Assembly (NCBI GenBank): GCA_046563655.1
Contig: CM102287.1
Coordinates: 7,812,001-7,876,000 of the forward strand
Direction: 5' to 3'
Source: Yuukianura sp. NJ FZ-2021
Lineage: Eukaryota
DNA length: 64,000 nt
Below are positions 41,713 through 55,083 of the stretch, piece after piece (the stretch's first letter is position 1; each line of letters starts with the position of its first letter). The translations under genes were made by a program, and so were the position numbers. The notes beneath the pieces are model-generated. The model was given only the letters and a program-made list of their open reading frames with translations, did no database searches and was not told the DNA's origin.

Positions 41713-43706
41713 TCTATATCGGTTTCAGGATGTTAGCTGGAGATCCGCTGTCCTGGAACACAAAATCATATTTGAGGGTAAAAATTAAGAATTCACCTGA
41801 GAAGTTTCTTCCTGAGCAGGAAGTTTAGTTTCAAAAAACTAAAGTAAATATTTTCCTGATTTCTTAATCGTAAATAACACCGAGTTCATTGGAATTGTCA
41901 AATTGGGACAAAGAAATACAGAATGAGGAAAACTCTATTAATTGGAATTTGCCAAGCCTCTCTACTGATGAATTCATCTTTCGAAGAAAAAACTGTGTAC
42001 TAGGTATGTAAGTTAATCCTTTCTTAATATGACAACAAAAGATGAACAGATTAGTTCACGCGTTCTGTCTCTTATGGCAAGCACTAATTACATAATTCTG
42101 TGAAAAATCCATCCTTCATTTGGAAAAACAGGTTTTTGTGTTTACAGAACTGCTAGGCATAAACTATAAACAGCACCGCGCCGGACTTGTCCACGTTATA
42201 AGCCGTCAAGCTTAGCCTACGCGTGGTCACTGGTCGCCGGACAGAGGCTCTACATCCAATGTCCGTATTTCCCCATCGTAGACTCGTAGTCGTAACAAAG
42301 CAATACTTCAATGGATGTTGAATTGAGTGACGCTCTGTTAGGCTTTCCGTAACTGGTTGACTAACTAACTTAATTGTAATGAAATCAGCTTCCAAGATGT
42401 TATTTTAAGCAAGACTTACCCTGATTGACTGTGTTTAACTTGAGCTCCTGAGCGAAATGGACTTCGGATAAACCCTACGGTGAGTATTCCAGACGAATTA
42501 CTTTCCAGGTTCGTGTTTGCGATGACGATGGAGATGAGATGTGTTGTGTTAACTGCTCAAGTTCGTGTCAAATATTCTGAAATAAAAATAAAATTGATTT
42601 ACTTATAATTCATGATATCTAGATCAAGTTTAGCTTTGATACGATTAGTACTATTGTACTACTTTATCGCTAATCACGATGACGCAAGAAGGCGAAGCTC
42701 AATCTGCCATTAACCTACTACCTAACCACGCTTGACTCAATGAATTAATACTACCGAAGTACCCAATCTATTAGAACTCAATCCATGTACTAAACCGCTC
42801 GGTCAGCAAGTTGCTGACAGCAACTGTATCTAGGAACCCCATGACCCGTATGATATCGGCGTCGATATCACCCTGTCAACGTTTGCACAACATTTGGATT
42901 CCTCTGTGGCCTGGCCCTAACCTAACGTGAAATGAAAATGATTGCAGAGGTATTAGCTGCAATACTGCAAAGCCAAGCAGTTGTCCTGTCCAGTCCAGCA
43001 GTCCAGCGTATTCAGTCACATAAAAATAAGGAAGACATAACTTGACTTCGACGATTTTGTTGGATCTCGTAAAGGGAGACACGCCTTTAAAACCTGAGAA
43101 AGCACTGATAATCCTTCCATACCACACCTAAGAAAAGCACACACAACTCATTAATTAAAGATCTTACCTCTTTAACTCGTAGTTAGTAATTCAAAAACTT
43201 GTTGTGAAAATTGGACTATCTAACGTATTAGACTCTAAACTTAACCTTAACTTATGTAAATTGAATGATGAATCCTCAAGGGAATCGCTATTTACCTCAC
43301 CTTCACGAAACCACCACCACCGGTGCAATGGTGTTAACCTTGCGAGTGAGCGAATTCTACTTCTGCAAAAGCACGTTATCTTGAGACATGACGATGTCCA
43401 ATTATCGAGGTAATGCCTGGTACTGAGGTAATGGAATTCTGCACTATTCACATTCGCACGAGCGTGTGAATTCTTTGGAAGTGGGTAGATAACTCTTTTA
43501 ATTTTGCTCATCACTTTCTCGTCTCCTTTCGTCGTCCTCCTCACATTTTCATTAACAACAGCTGTTCATGTTCTGTCTGTGTAAAGTGTAATCTGTCATT
43601 CCAGTACACAGGGTTTTCCGGTCCGTACTATCTATAAAACTTAAGGAATTTAGCACATTTCTCCAACACCAGTAGTAGTAGCTGCCAGTTAATTAATTTC
43701 GCCACA

Positions 43707-44483
43707 ATGGTTGATGAAGCTACAAGAAAAACGCTCAGTGGAATTCCTCTGCTGAAAACCAAAGCCGGGCCAAAGGACGATCCGAAGCAGTGGATTCAGC
43801 GACTCAAGGAAGAATACCAAGCACTTATCAAGGTAACTGAAAAAACCTATTTAACAAACAGAAACAGTGGATTAAGTAAATGTGGAGCTAATTGACGATT
43901 TTTAAAAGTATGTAGAAAATAATAAAGGAGCTGATAACGACTGGTTTCGTTTGGAATCAAACAAGGAAGGAACAAGATGGTTTGGGAAATGCTGGTACGT
44001 ACAGGATATGCTCAAATACGAATTCGACGTAGAATTTGATGTAAGACAATCGCTTTTGTTTCTCGATCTTCCTCTATTAGTGCTTTTGATTATTTAAATT
44101 TTATTTTGTTGAATTAATCATTGGTGTTGGTGTTTGCTTCCATTTTAGATTCCTGTAACTTATCCAGTCACGGCTCCTGAAATCGCATTACCGGAACTGG
44201 ACGGTAAAACTGCCAAGATGTATCGCGGTGGCAAAATTTGTCTAACTGATCACTTCAAGCCGCTTTGGGGAAAGAATGCTCCGCGGTTTGGTATAGCCCA
44301 TGCATTTGCTCTAGGCGTAAGTTGTTATTTCGTCCAGCTAAAAAAAAAGTCCTCTGTAGAAACCAATTTCAGATTCATCAATCGTAATTATATTTTTCAT
44401 TTCAGTTAGCTCCATGGCTAGCCGTTGAGATTCCAGAAATGATAGAACGCGGAGTAGTTGTGTACAAGGATAAGGAATCGTGA
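43707..44483 (+). CDS. UFC1: Ubiquitin-fold modifier-conjugating enzyme 1 (UFM1 E2)
   Basis: [54 protein letters not shown] (catalytic Cys). Exons: 43707-43832, 43909-44040, 44149-44316, 44406-44483. Confidence 0.98.
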
Positions 44484-44661
44484 AGGTGACGCATTTGACG
44501 CAAGGTGCTGGATGCAGTTTTCGCTGTTTTAATAAAAACAATTTACAATTTATTTTGCAATTCTGAAATATTTTTAAATACTCTAATATTTCCACATTCT
44601 AACAAAATTAAAAATAAATTAATGTGCTTAACAAAAGATATCGTTGTCACATTCCACTGAT

Positions 44662-47618
44662 TCAAAGCGGCAGTAGCGGAAGTTGATTGTAAGGCAAATT
44701 TTTCGTCGGTGCTGGAAAGTTCAAACTTTGTTTTGTTTTGAAATTCTGAGCAATGAATCCATGACTTTCCTCAGAAAATAGAAGTCCCAATGTCAACTGA
44801 AAATGAACACAACAACATCATGACCCTGAACGATTAGTATTCTATATTCTAAAAGCTAATTGATTTTTTAACAAATTGTCTTACATGATTCTCGAACAAG
44901 AATCGCTTCAAGTTGGACGTCATCCGGGTATTGACAATGTCCCAGTCGAAAGGATCAATCAAATCCTTGAGCTTCAGTATAACCGAGTCCGCTGTCCCGC
45001 GTAAACTTGAGTGAAGCCATTGTATAAACTTGAGGTCAAACACAAACTGGAGTGCCATTTGCGGTGTTATTGGTTGCTGTCCTTCCTCGGCTTCCAATTC
45101 GGACAGCTTCTCGTAAAACGAAATTATGTTCTTGGCAAGTGTAACGCGTAGAGAGTCCTTCATGGTTTTCGGAATACATTGTGGTCCCATTTTTGACAGT
45201 TCCAAGCATATCGAAAACAGCGAAGAGTGGAGTGTATATGTCAATTCAACTGGGACACGGACGGACGGCACAAAATTTTCACCATTTTCTCCAGTCTCAG
45301 CTTCATAGACTTCTCCCATCTTAAAAAACAAAAGTTAAAAATGCTAACTGATCTTTAAAGAAAACCGTCAGGTGATGAGACAATTGTTTAGCAAGATTCT
45401 TACCGGCATAAAACTAGTGATGGATACCGGTGAGAGAGAACCCATGCCTTTGGTTAACTGAAGATTGAACTTATCAACGAGCAGTTGATTCCAATTCTCC
45501 CAGCATTTTTCACTAAAACTTGACAAGTCCTGTTTCAGCTTATTTCTGTCCTAAAATGTTGAATAATCAAAATAATTGAAAAATAATAAGAACACTGCAC
45601 TTCAAATCTCAAACATAAAGCTGATTTTTCTTACGTTTGTCTCCAAAAGTTTCCAGAGGGTCGGGCATAAGTCCAGGAGTCCAATAGTGAATCGACCAAA
45701 TGCTGAATTACTCTTCTCTGGATTCGATTCTTCCGTGTTTTCGACAAGTGACAGTAGATAGGTCTGGAACGATTGAAGTACGCTAGCTGACAGGAATTCT
45801 TTCACTGACTGATCTCCCAGCGTCTGGAAATCCACTAGAAGTTCAGAAAGGCGAAATTCCAAATCGTCGCAGAGTTGGGATAAGCTTGGCGTGATGCACT
45901 TCATTTTCAAATTGTCATCAGCAGCAGCAGTATCCGTATTGGTCACAGGACTTGGTTTCCAAACGTATCCAACCATATCAAAGTTCTCGTCAGTCCTGGC
46001 AAAGATAATGTAAATGAGTAAAACCACATTATTTATTTTATAACATTTGAAACTGTATTGAATTACTGACGTTCTGAATTTCGGATAGCCAGTTGTACCA
46101 AGAAAAACGATTATCTCATTTACAGCACCGTTTACAACAGCTTCAGCTCGACGTTGAAAAACGGAGTCAAAGACGTACATCCAGAGGGAAGTTGATGGAC
46201 CAAGTATGATTCGTATCAAATCTTCGCAGCATTTAAATAGTTTCAAAGACTTCTGCCGGTATTCCTGAAGTTGTGCAAGGGATCTAAACTGCGACAGGTA
46301 TTTCTCGTCTTCTTGTAGTATATTCTTCAGTGGCACGATAAAATCCTTGAGGACAATTTCAGACAAGGTATCAGCGTGTAGCGATTCCGAAATCAATAGC
46401 TTGCTGTTGTTGTAGTCCACGATTAATTTCGGCTTGAGCCGCAAACCGAAAGTTGCAGGGTCAATTTTATAGCTCTGAATTGTTCTTGTGGTGTTGTTAT
46501 ATAAGTTCGGATCTAAATAAATAATTTCAAACAGTTAAAGTCGGTTTACATGCTAAATTCAATTGGACTACTACTTTGTGGTTATACCAATAAATATGGA
46601 GTAGACCGCCTTTAATGATGAAGTCACCATACTAAGCACATCGTCTGAATTCATTCCAAGAGCTTGTCGACATGATTCCACTTTAGCAGAAAGCCAGCCA
46701 GATAAAATCTTGTCAACCGAGGTTTGTATCAGGATATGTTTTGCCTGTATACATTCTGCAAGCATCTGTGTTAATCGAATCATTCCAATAACTTTAACCT
46801 TTTGATGTCATAAATGAGTTTTTGTGAATAAAAGCTACTAAAAAGTATTCGAAAACTCACTTGATCGGACGAGTCAACGGCATTTAATTGGGTGTCGCAA
46901 TATTCACAAATATTGTGCAAAATTACATTAGACGAATCCATGAGTGTCCCTCTCGTTGAATGTAAAAATGTCCATTTGAACTTCTGCTCATTGGGAACCA
47001 GCCACTTCGAGAATAGCAGTGCTATGTGAACGGCCGGAATTACTTCATCTTTCTCTAAAAAGTTCTGAACTGCTCCGGGAATATCCAGGGATAACTTCAA
47101 GGCGAGTGATGCTTCCAGTTCCTCTTCAGTTAACTTTTTACTGTAAACACAAAAAAAAAATTCCAGCATAATCTAAAATAATAGACTAATATCAAGATTT
47201 CTTGGAAAAATTACCCTCGCCTTTGATCTGCACTGCTCTTCTCAACCGGAATCGTCAATTCAGAAGAAAGACCATTGAACTCAGTCCGAAGCATATGAAG
47301 CTTTTGCGAGATGTTTAGCGAGCTTGTTCTCATTGTCCCAATTGTGTCAGCAGCATCTATCAGATCTCTGTACCGTTCCCTGTAAGAGTGTAACCCAAGG
47401 TAATAATTTACTGTTTACTCAAAACGTTTAACGTCGTTTTATATATAATCTCAGTCAAACGTTACTCACCCCACCAGCATTCTAAGCTCCTCTCTCTTCC
47501 TTTCGATTTCATAATTTATCTTCCTGTGAATATCCCGTGCTTCATCAACGGTGTGGTTCTCAAAAACTTCTCTGACATCCGTATCAACATATGACCTTCC
47601 AAATTGCTGTTGTGGCAT
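44662..47618 (-). CDS. COG1: Conserved oligomeric Golgi complex subunit 1
   Basis: N-terminal Vps51-type motif IERKREELRMLVGERYRDLIDAADTI; C-terminal ALQFVFDLKF and IDPFDW. Exons: 47618-47470, 47379-47215, 47140-46861, 46798-46587, 46512-46071, 45995-45635, 45550-45404, 45319-44885, ~44796-44662. Confidence 0.88.
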
Positions 47619-48981
47619 CTTCGTCCCTCCTCGTCGTGTCGTTAGCGAGCGACACTTGCCTTAACCCTGTAAGTTTATCTTCAATAAAAACACATTCAAC
47701 CATAAATTAATTAAAATTAATCAACAAAACGTACCGATCCTCCTGAACGCATGTAGCCGGAAAATTCCTCTGCCAAGTCACAAGTCATCAATAACAAATG
47801 AAAAATGTGAAATTCCAGTTTACCAAACTAGCAACACAAAATCAGCTGTTAATTTGCTGGAATTTAATGTAAACTATCCTGTAACACTACCCCTGTCACC
47901 AGCGTCCATTTGTTGGGCAAAAACTGAACTGAAGCGATATGGTTGTTCTAACCGGCTACATAACACAAAAATATTATTCTATGCTATAATCTAAATTAAA
48001 TAAAGAACTACAAATTAATTGATATTCATAATTACATTTATGGTAAATTAATCTAATTAAATTAATTGACATTATTTGTAATTTGCCCATGGTTGGAGTG
48101 GCGCAGGGGGATGCTTAGTCAAGGCCGTTTGACCAATAAAATTAAAAACCCGTTATACATTTTTTCTAAAACGCACTCAATTGAGATACGAGTGAAAGAG
48201 ATAGCAAAAGGCGTGTTGAAACGCGTGCATTTTGAAATTAGAGATACAGGTGTTTGGAGGGTGTGGGGCGGGGTGGGGTGGGTGGAGACAGCAAGTGGGG
48301 AAAATGAGATAAGATAAGACTTTACATTGGTCACTTTCTCTCTCTCTTGGAATTTGTTGACATAATTTGCATAATTTTAGGATTCCCGTAATTTGGTAAT
48401 TGTTTAGTGTCCTTCCTTCATTACTAACTTCCTTGTCCATTCGAATTACTACACGAATCAGCTGTGGGAACATCTACGAGGTCACTGTTCATTCACTTCA
48501 CACAGAACGAAGTTACCGCTTCACGTTAAATACTGGACCTGAGGACGTTAATGGCTAACCATTCATTTCCACGAAATTGCAACAGGTAAGGCAAGATAAA
48601 CCTTCCAAAAGTAATTGACTTGTGCAAACCAACACAAATATCGATTTGTATCGTTTTTGGAAAGGTTAGACGAAAAAGCGGATAGGTTTAACAGTTTAGT
48701 TGATGGTAACGTAAGGCGAACGTTTTGTATGGGTATGGGTCACGCGAGAAGTGATACACCGTACTCTTGCTCAGATAAATGGTTTAAGTACTAAGTTCAT
48801 GAATTTTACTAATCTACATTTTGTTTAGTATTGCGTAGGTGAACCAGCGGACAGAGATGTAAATTCCTCCAAATTCAAGACAGAACGTGGAAGACGAACG
48901 AGGTTAGCAGTACCGTGATCATTGGAGTAACTTGCCCTGTTACTACTTGCATTTGAACAATGAGATGATTGTCGCTCCGTA

Positions 48982-51900
48982 ATGATGGCCAAAGCTTTAG
49001 AAATGGAGGGCGGGGAAGCGCAAATTGGTGGTGTAGGGGACGCAAGTAACATGAACGGGACACACGCCTTGCCAGCCGAACTTGGAACTTACCCTCCATG
49101 TGTCGATCCGGAGTCCCTGTCACCAATTGCTGAAACACGGGTGGCTAAACGCAGTTGCCTATGTTGCAGTAGTTCTAAGAACGACAAGGGCAAGAATACG
49201 AAAGACGGACTTCCTAGCACAGAACCTGGAGTGACTGATTCTGGAGACGACAAGTGGACAGGGAAGAGGAAGTGGCAATATTTTCCAGGTAAGGTGCATA
49301 CAGTAATTAAAATTAATATAAAGTTAGAACAACTGGTCAGGTTTTTTAACTCTTGTTTGTAATTATTATAGGAAACAATCATTTTTATTGCGATGGAAGA
49401 ATCATGACTGCACCAAGTATAAGATATTTTTCGTTGAGTTTTGCCCTTATAACTATTACCTTCGGACTCTTTATCGTATTCGAGTAAGCCCTTATTAGAG
49501 AAAACGTTTATAGAAAATAGGATTACCGATATTATGATGAAAATCAACTATTTTTGTGATTCCAGTTCTCCGTTTCTGACTCAAAGACTTTCAATCGCCA
49601 TTCCAATAGTTAGTTCCGTTCTATTCGTACTCGTAGTATCAAATATGCTACGAACTAGCTGCAGTGACCCTGGAATTATTCCAAGGTAAGTTATAAAATA
49701 TTCAAATAGCTAATATGACAGTCAATTCAATGTGTGATGGCATGATCTTTGTTTTTTTAGGGCGTCGGCTGCTGAAGTAGAGCAGATGGAAAGAAGTTAC
49801 GGAACCACCGCAGCCACATATCGTCCACCTCCTAGAACCAAAGACGTCATTGTCAATGGCCAAGTCATAAAGTCCAAATACTGCTTTACTTGTCGTAAGT
49901 GCCGTTTACACTGGAAGATCATGCTGGGCAGCTGGGCTATTACTAATATGAACTTTGCAGGAATGTTCCGCCCGCCTCGAGCTTCTCATTGTTCCGTATG
50001 TGATAATTGTGTGGGTAAGTGACAATTTGGGTAATTCATTTAATTAACTCGTTTTCTTTTATCTTAATTGTGAATTCTATCTTGCCAGAACGATTTGATC
50101 ATCATTGCCCATTTCTTGGCAATTGCATCGGCCGAAGGAACTACCGCAGTTTTTATTTTTTCGTCGTATCGTTAAGTCTTCTCGCAATTTATATTCTTTC
50201 TTTTTCTATCGCCCATTTAGCCATGCGTAAGCCTAAAATCAAAACAAAACTGCTCAATATTTGTCTAAATCCTTATGCAATTTTGATATCAATGACTCTT
50301 CTACTTCATTTTCAGTTGCTAAAGAAAGAGGAGATTTCCTAGAGGCCCTCAGAGATACGCCAACGAGTGCGGTTGTGATTCTAATTAGTTTCTTTGGGAT
50401 GTGGACCGTGATTGGGCTAGCGGGATTCCACACGTACTTGGTAAGTTTCTGTATGAATTGCGTGGGTGACTTGCTTCATAGTTGATTACGACTAACTCAT
50501 TTGCTTCTTAATTCCAGATTGCAGTTGAACAAACTACAAATGAAGATATCAAGGGCCTGTTTGGCCGGCCAAACTCAAAGAATCCTTACTCCAGAGGCAG
50601 TACTTGCAGAAATTGTTGCTACATTCTTTGCGGTCCGTTTTCTACATCGTTACTCGGTAATAAAATCAAATGTTAAAAATCACAGACCGCAACAAGTCAA
50701 TGTGAGTATTATGATTGCATAGATCCAAGGGGACATGCGACAGCAGAATACTGTGAGGCACTCCAAAAGCCAAAGGCTGCACAAGGACCTGGCACCCCTG
50801 GCCCTCTACATCAACAACCTACTAGACCCCCTGTTTCAAATGTAGTAGCAGCATCCTATGGATTGTCACAAGTAAGTGTCCTATCTCGGTACGGCTTTCA
50901 GAATGCTGGAAACGTTTACTAATCGTTTATTCGTTTTCTTTAGTTTCCGTATACTCAACCTGGTCCTGGTTCTCCTGGAGTCGACATTTCTCATCTAGCT
51001 TCAAAAGACCAGCAAACTCTTCCATCAAGACAACTTATGCCAACTAATCCGCATGTACGAACAAACGGAGTTATAGCGCAAGATCAAGCGAAGGCAGGCA
51101 CATTTCCTGGTAAGTCGTTTCCTCAGTCACTTCGTTCCACAGCTACGCACTCGACGTTTGTTGAGAATTTAATTACTGGAGCTGGAAAAGAGTTCTTGAG
51201 TCTCCGTCGAGAATCAAAGCCGGGAATTCCTTTTGAGCCGGTTGTCCTCGGGCAATCGGCTTTGAAAGATGACCACTTTTACCACATCCACCAACTTCCG
51301 CTTAAAAAACTCGGCTCATCGTCTTCATCTTCAACAACTCCATCTCCGCGTAGGAAATCAGTTGGCGGTGTTCATATCAATCCTGAAATTAGGTTCGTGC
51401 CAGAGCAGCAAGTTGGATTTCAGAGGAGCGCTCGGCTGATACATGCGAATTCCGCTAAACCGAGCTCCATTTTACGACTGGTAGAGAGAGATACAGTGTC
51501 AAGTTCAAATGTTGTCAGTGTTGGTCATGCGGCTGAGTCACGAAAAACTAGTGGTAGAACGGGATATAAGTTGGCTCCGTGTGAGGAAACAACTTATGGC
51601 AACTGGATGAGGCCAGTGAGTTAATTGGGGTTCTAAAATTTTAGTTTTTTATGAACAAAGACAGTGTGACCGACCAAGATTTTTGAATTTTGGTTGTTCT
51701 AATTTTCCAGTTATTTTTATTACGTACAGTTGATCCTGAAATTTTATATTTCTGAACAGATAGGTAATACTTGGTGTGTAAAAATACTAATTATTGCTTA
51801 CTTATACTTTGTATTTTAATTGTGAGTTAATATAATGTATGTACATAACATAATTTGTAATTTTCATGCTTAACCTGTATAATAATACGGAGGGCATTAA

Positions 51901-52351
51901 TATGGTAAGCTCAAGCTGGCAATTAGATTGACATTTTTTGGTGATTAGTGATTTTCATGTCGTTTTAAGTTAATTTTCAGTTTTTTGTGGTAGATTTTCT
52001 AATTTCCAAAAGATTAACGCATGAATTTGGTTTGTCTTTTCAGATAATATGACGACAAGATTTTCGGGAATTGGCGTCACCGAGCAGCCTAATGGCGGAT
52101 TAAATCGGAATCAACTCAATGCAAATCCTGACGCTGGAAAACAATCGTCCAGTTCAATTACTCCTTCGCCAAATGAAGTAATCGTGGAGAGCATGTCCAT
52201 GGTCCATTTACAACCGAGAGTGAAGTCAGGGCAACGCTTATCAGAAGATACTAAAGTAGCGACCACAAGTCTACGACCGTCTCCCTCTGCTGCTTCGTTA
52301 GAACGTCTGACTATGATCAATTCTCCGCTTCATCTTGACCCAATCACGTAG
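48982..52351 (+). CDS. DHHC palmitoyltransferase of the ZDHHC9/14/18 (approximated) group
   Basis: [90 protein letters not shown]. Exons: 48982-49288, 49372-49483, 49566-49685, 49761-49894, 49961-50014, 50089-50227, 50316-50440, 50518-50656, 50723-50870, 50944-51109, 52044-52351 (or read-through to the stop at 51624). Confidence 0.93.
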
Positions 52352-52915
52352 GTTACTTGTTAAAACACTTTAACATTCGAAGTGGCCATTGTTCAATAAT
52401 ATGTTTTTCAAATTGGTGGTATAAGCAATGCATGTGGTTCAAATTGCAACGACTGTGTTATCGACCTCGTCGTCTTCCAGGGCAAGACGACGAGGTTGTT
52501 AACTTGGTTGGCTTTTCTTAAGTTTTAAACCACGCAGTCCCGTGTTAATTAATCATTTATGTTGTGGTATCTAGATACTCAATTGCAGAACGATTGTTTT
52601 CTGACATTTGGAATCATGTAACTGAAAAGTATTTGTAAAACTGTAAGAACTAAGAAATGGGAAACAATAAATTTAAGTTAACGCAACCGAAATCAACCAG
52701 CTCGTTACTGTTACATTTTCGAAATTGTGTCAAATACAATTTTGAAAATGTAATTTATGATTTTATGTTCAAAATTTATTCAAACAGAAATTGAAAAGTT
52801 AATGACAAGCGTATACGATTAGAGCAAAAAATGGTAAGATTTGACACTTTAAAATTCTTCTGGCTTTTCTACAAAATGTGATTATAAATTGATGTACTCT
52901 GTGTTTGCAGGTCTC

Positions 52916-55083
52916 TTAATCTTGATGTTCTTGGTAAGCACTTAGGAAAATCTTCTGGACGGTGACGGTAACTCTTTTGGATAAAATTTTGATGAAATTT
53001 GGCCTCCTTTGCCACCAAATGAAGACGAAGTAGATGGGAATTCCAGTACATGTAATTAGAATTCCCATTCCAACTTCAAATGGTCGGACATAAATTGGGA
53101 GAAAGACGAGGAACGCACAGACGATCAGAAACACGATTGGCAGAATCAATGGAACCTAATTGGGTATGAAAATTGTAAGAATTTTGACTAATTTTTATCA
53201 AAATTTTAAAAATGCTCATAACTTACTTTGATAGGTCTTGCTAAATGTGGTCGCTTGTAACGAAGCCAGAGCAGACCACTGACAGATAAGAGGATAAAGG
53301 AACTCTCCACGAACGACGCATACTCAATGAGCAGGAAGATGTCGGATGTGCACAAGTACAGTAAGGATAGAACACACTATAAAAAGAGCGCGAAAGTTTT
53401 AATTTAACATCCATTTTACTTCAGATGTTGTTTTTGTTTTCAGGCTTACGAGAAATCCCAAAGCGGGAGTCGGAGTGTATCGATTGATTGAGATGAGTGA
53501 CAGTGCTTGTGGAAAGTGACTATTCCGGGCTCCTACGAACAGCAGTCTACAAACGAAACACAAAACAACGATCATCCAACATGCAGTTACAGAACGTTGT
53601 TGAAGTGCGAATAGTGTCACCTTGAAGATGTCATGATATGAACCGAGAGTCCTCCGAATGTACTCAACGCAACAAATACTGGCATAACCCATGCGAAGTT
53701 GCCCAGAATCTTGTTACCGAATGTCTGGAATGCAAAATAAGCTATGTGTTAACCCAAATATTGGATTTGCGGAGAGTTACACTGCTTACCACTCCAATTG
53801 CATCGCTCATCAGCATCTCTTCCTTGGTAAGGACAGCCAAGTATCCTACGTTTGCGAGGACATAGACTGTAGTGACGAGTGGTAAGGAAATGTAAATCGC
53901 TCTAGGAAGATTTCTAGTGGAACAAGATAAAATTTATGTGTATGTTAAGAATACCCGGGTAAATTGGTTTTTTTTTTCGTTTCAGGATTGCTAACTTGTA
54001 TGGATCTTTCAATTCTTCTGTCATGAAGTTCAAGTAGTTCCAGCCAGCGTATGAAAATATTCCACTGTAGAAGCTCACAGCGATTGACCCTGGATAAGCA
54101 AATCTCTACTTCAAAAGACGCAACGAATGTAATGTGAATTTGGAAATTCAGTGGAAACCTTACCTGGATCAGTTTGAGTTCCTTCCCAAGGATTGGCAAA
54201 GTTTTCAGTGTTTCCACTGCAGAGGTAAACAGTTCCAGCCAAAATGACGGTAAGCAACCCACACACTTTTGCTATGAGAAAAACGTTTTGAACCCTGGTA
54301 GTGGCTTTGACATTGTAGCAGTTGAGCCATGTTAGAAAAATGATGCTGCCTCCAGCAACAAGTCGAACGGCGGCATCAGGAATTTCACAGCCAACAGGAA
54401 AAAATGGCTGAATGACGTATTTGGAAAAGGTGAGACTCATGATTGCATTTGTAGTCGGCCTATGTCACATTTATCATTAGGTTAAAGTAGCGTCAATTGA
54501 TTCATACGGTAATTGTTATTAACTAAACTGAACTTACACAAAAACTATGTTTGCATCCCACAGGAACAGAAAAGCTGGGAATGGACCGAATGCCTCTTTG
54601 ATGTACGCATAATCTCCACCAGAGACGGCCAGCATCGTTCCTGGAAAACATTACGGAATATGAGTTGCAAAATATCGTATGCTTAAATTGCATATATTGC
54701 ATCGCTATTGTTACTATTAGTTGTTAACTAATTGCAAATCGTAGTTACCTAATTCTGAGTAGCATACTGCACCAATCATGGACAGAAGACCGGTACAAAT
54801 CCATACGACAAGCGTCAGTCCAACGCTTCCAGCTTCTGTGAACACTCCCTTTGGCGTCAAGAAAATTCCTAAAGGTATCAGTATAGAAAATTAAAAGTTT
54901 TCAAAATTCACACATATTCATAAATGAAAATTCTTTTTTTAATTTCAGATTCATACCACTGCCGATGATGATTCCACAAATAATTGCAACACCTTCAAAC
55001 AGGCCCACCTCCTTCTTGAGCCGAATCGTTGCACTTCCGGAGTCAGACGAAGAACCACTTCTAATTTTGTGTCCTCCGCCCAT
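52916..55083 (-). CDS. L-type amino acid transporter light chain (SLC7A5-8 / minidiscs / JhI-21 family)
   Basis: [84 protein letters not shown]; about 10 GT-AG exons with multiple TM segments. Confidence 0.93.

Noticed and set aside
48089..48140. GGAGTGGCGCAGGGG resembling a tRNA A-box
   Set aside because: No B-box, anticodon arm or acceptor stem.
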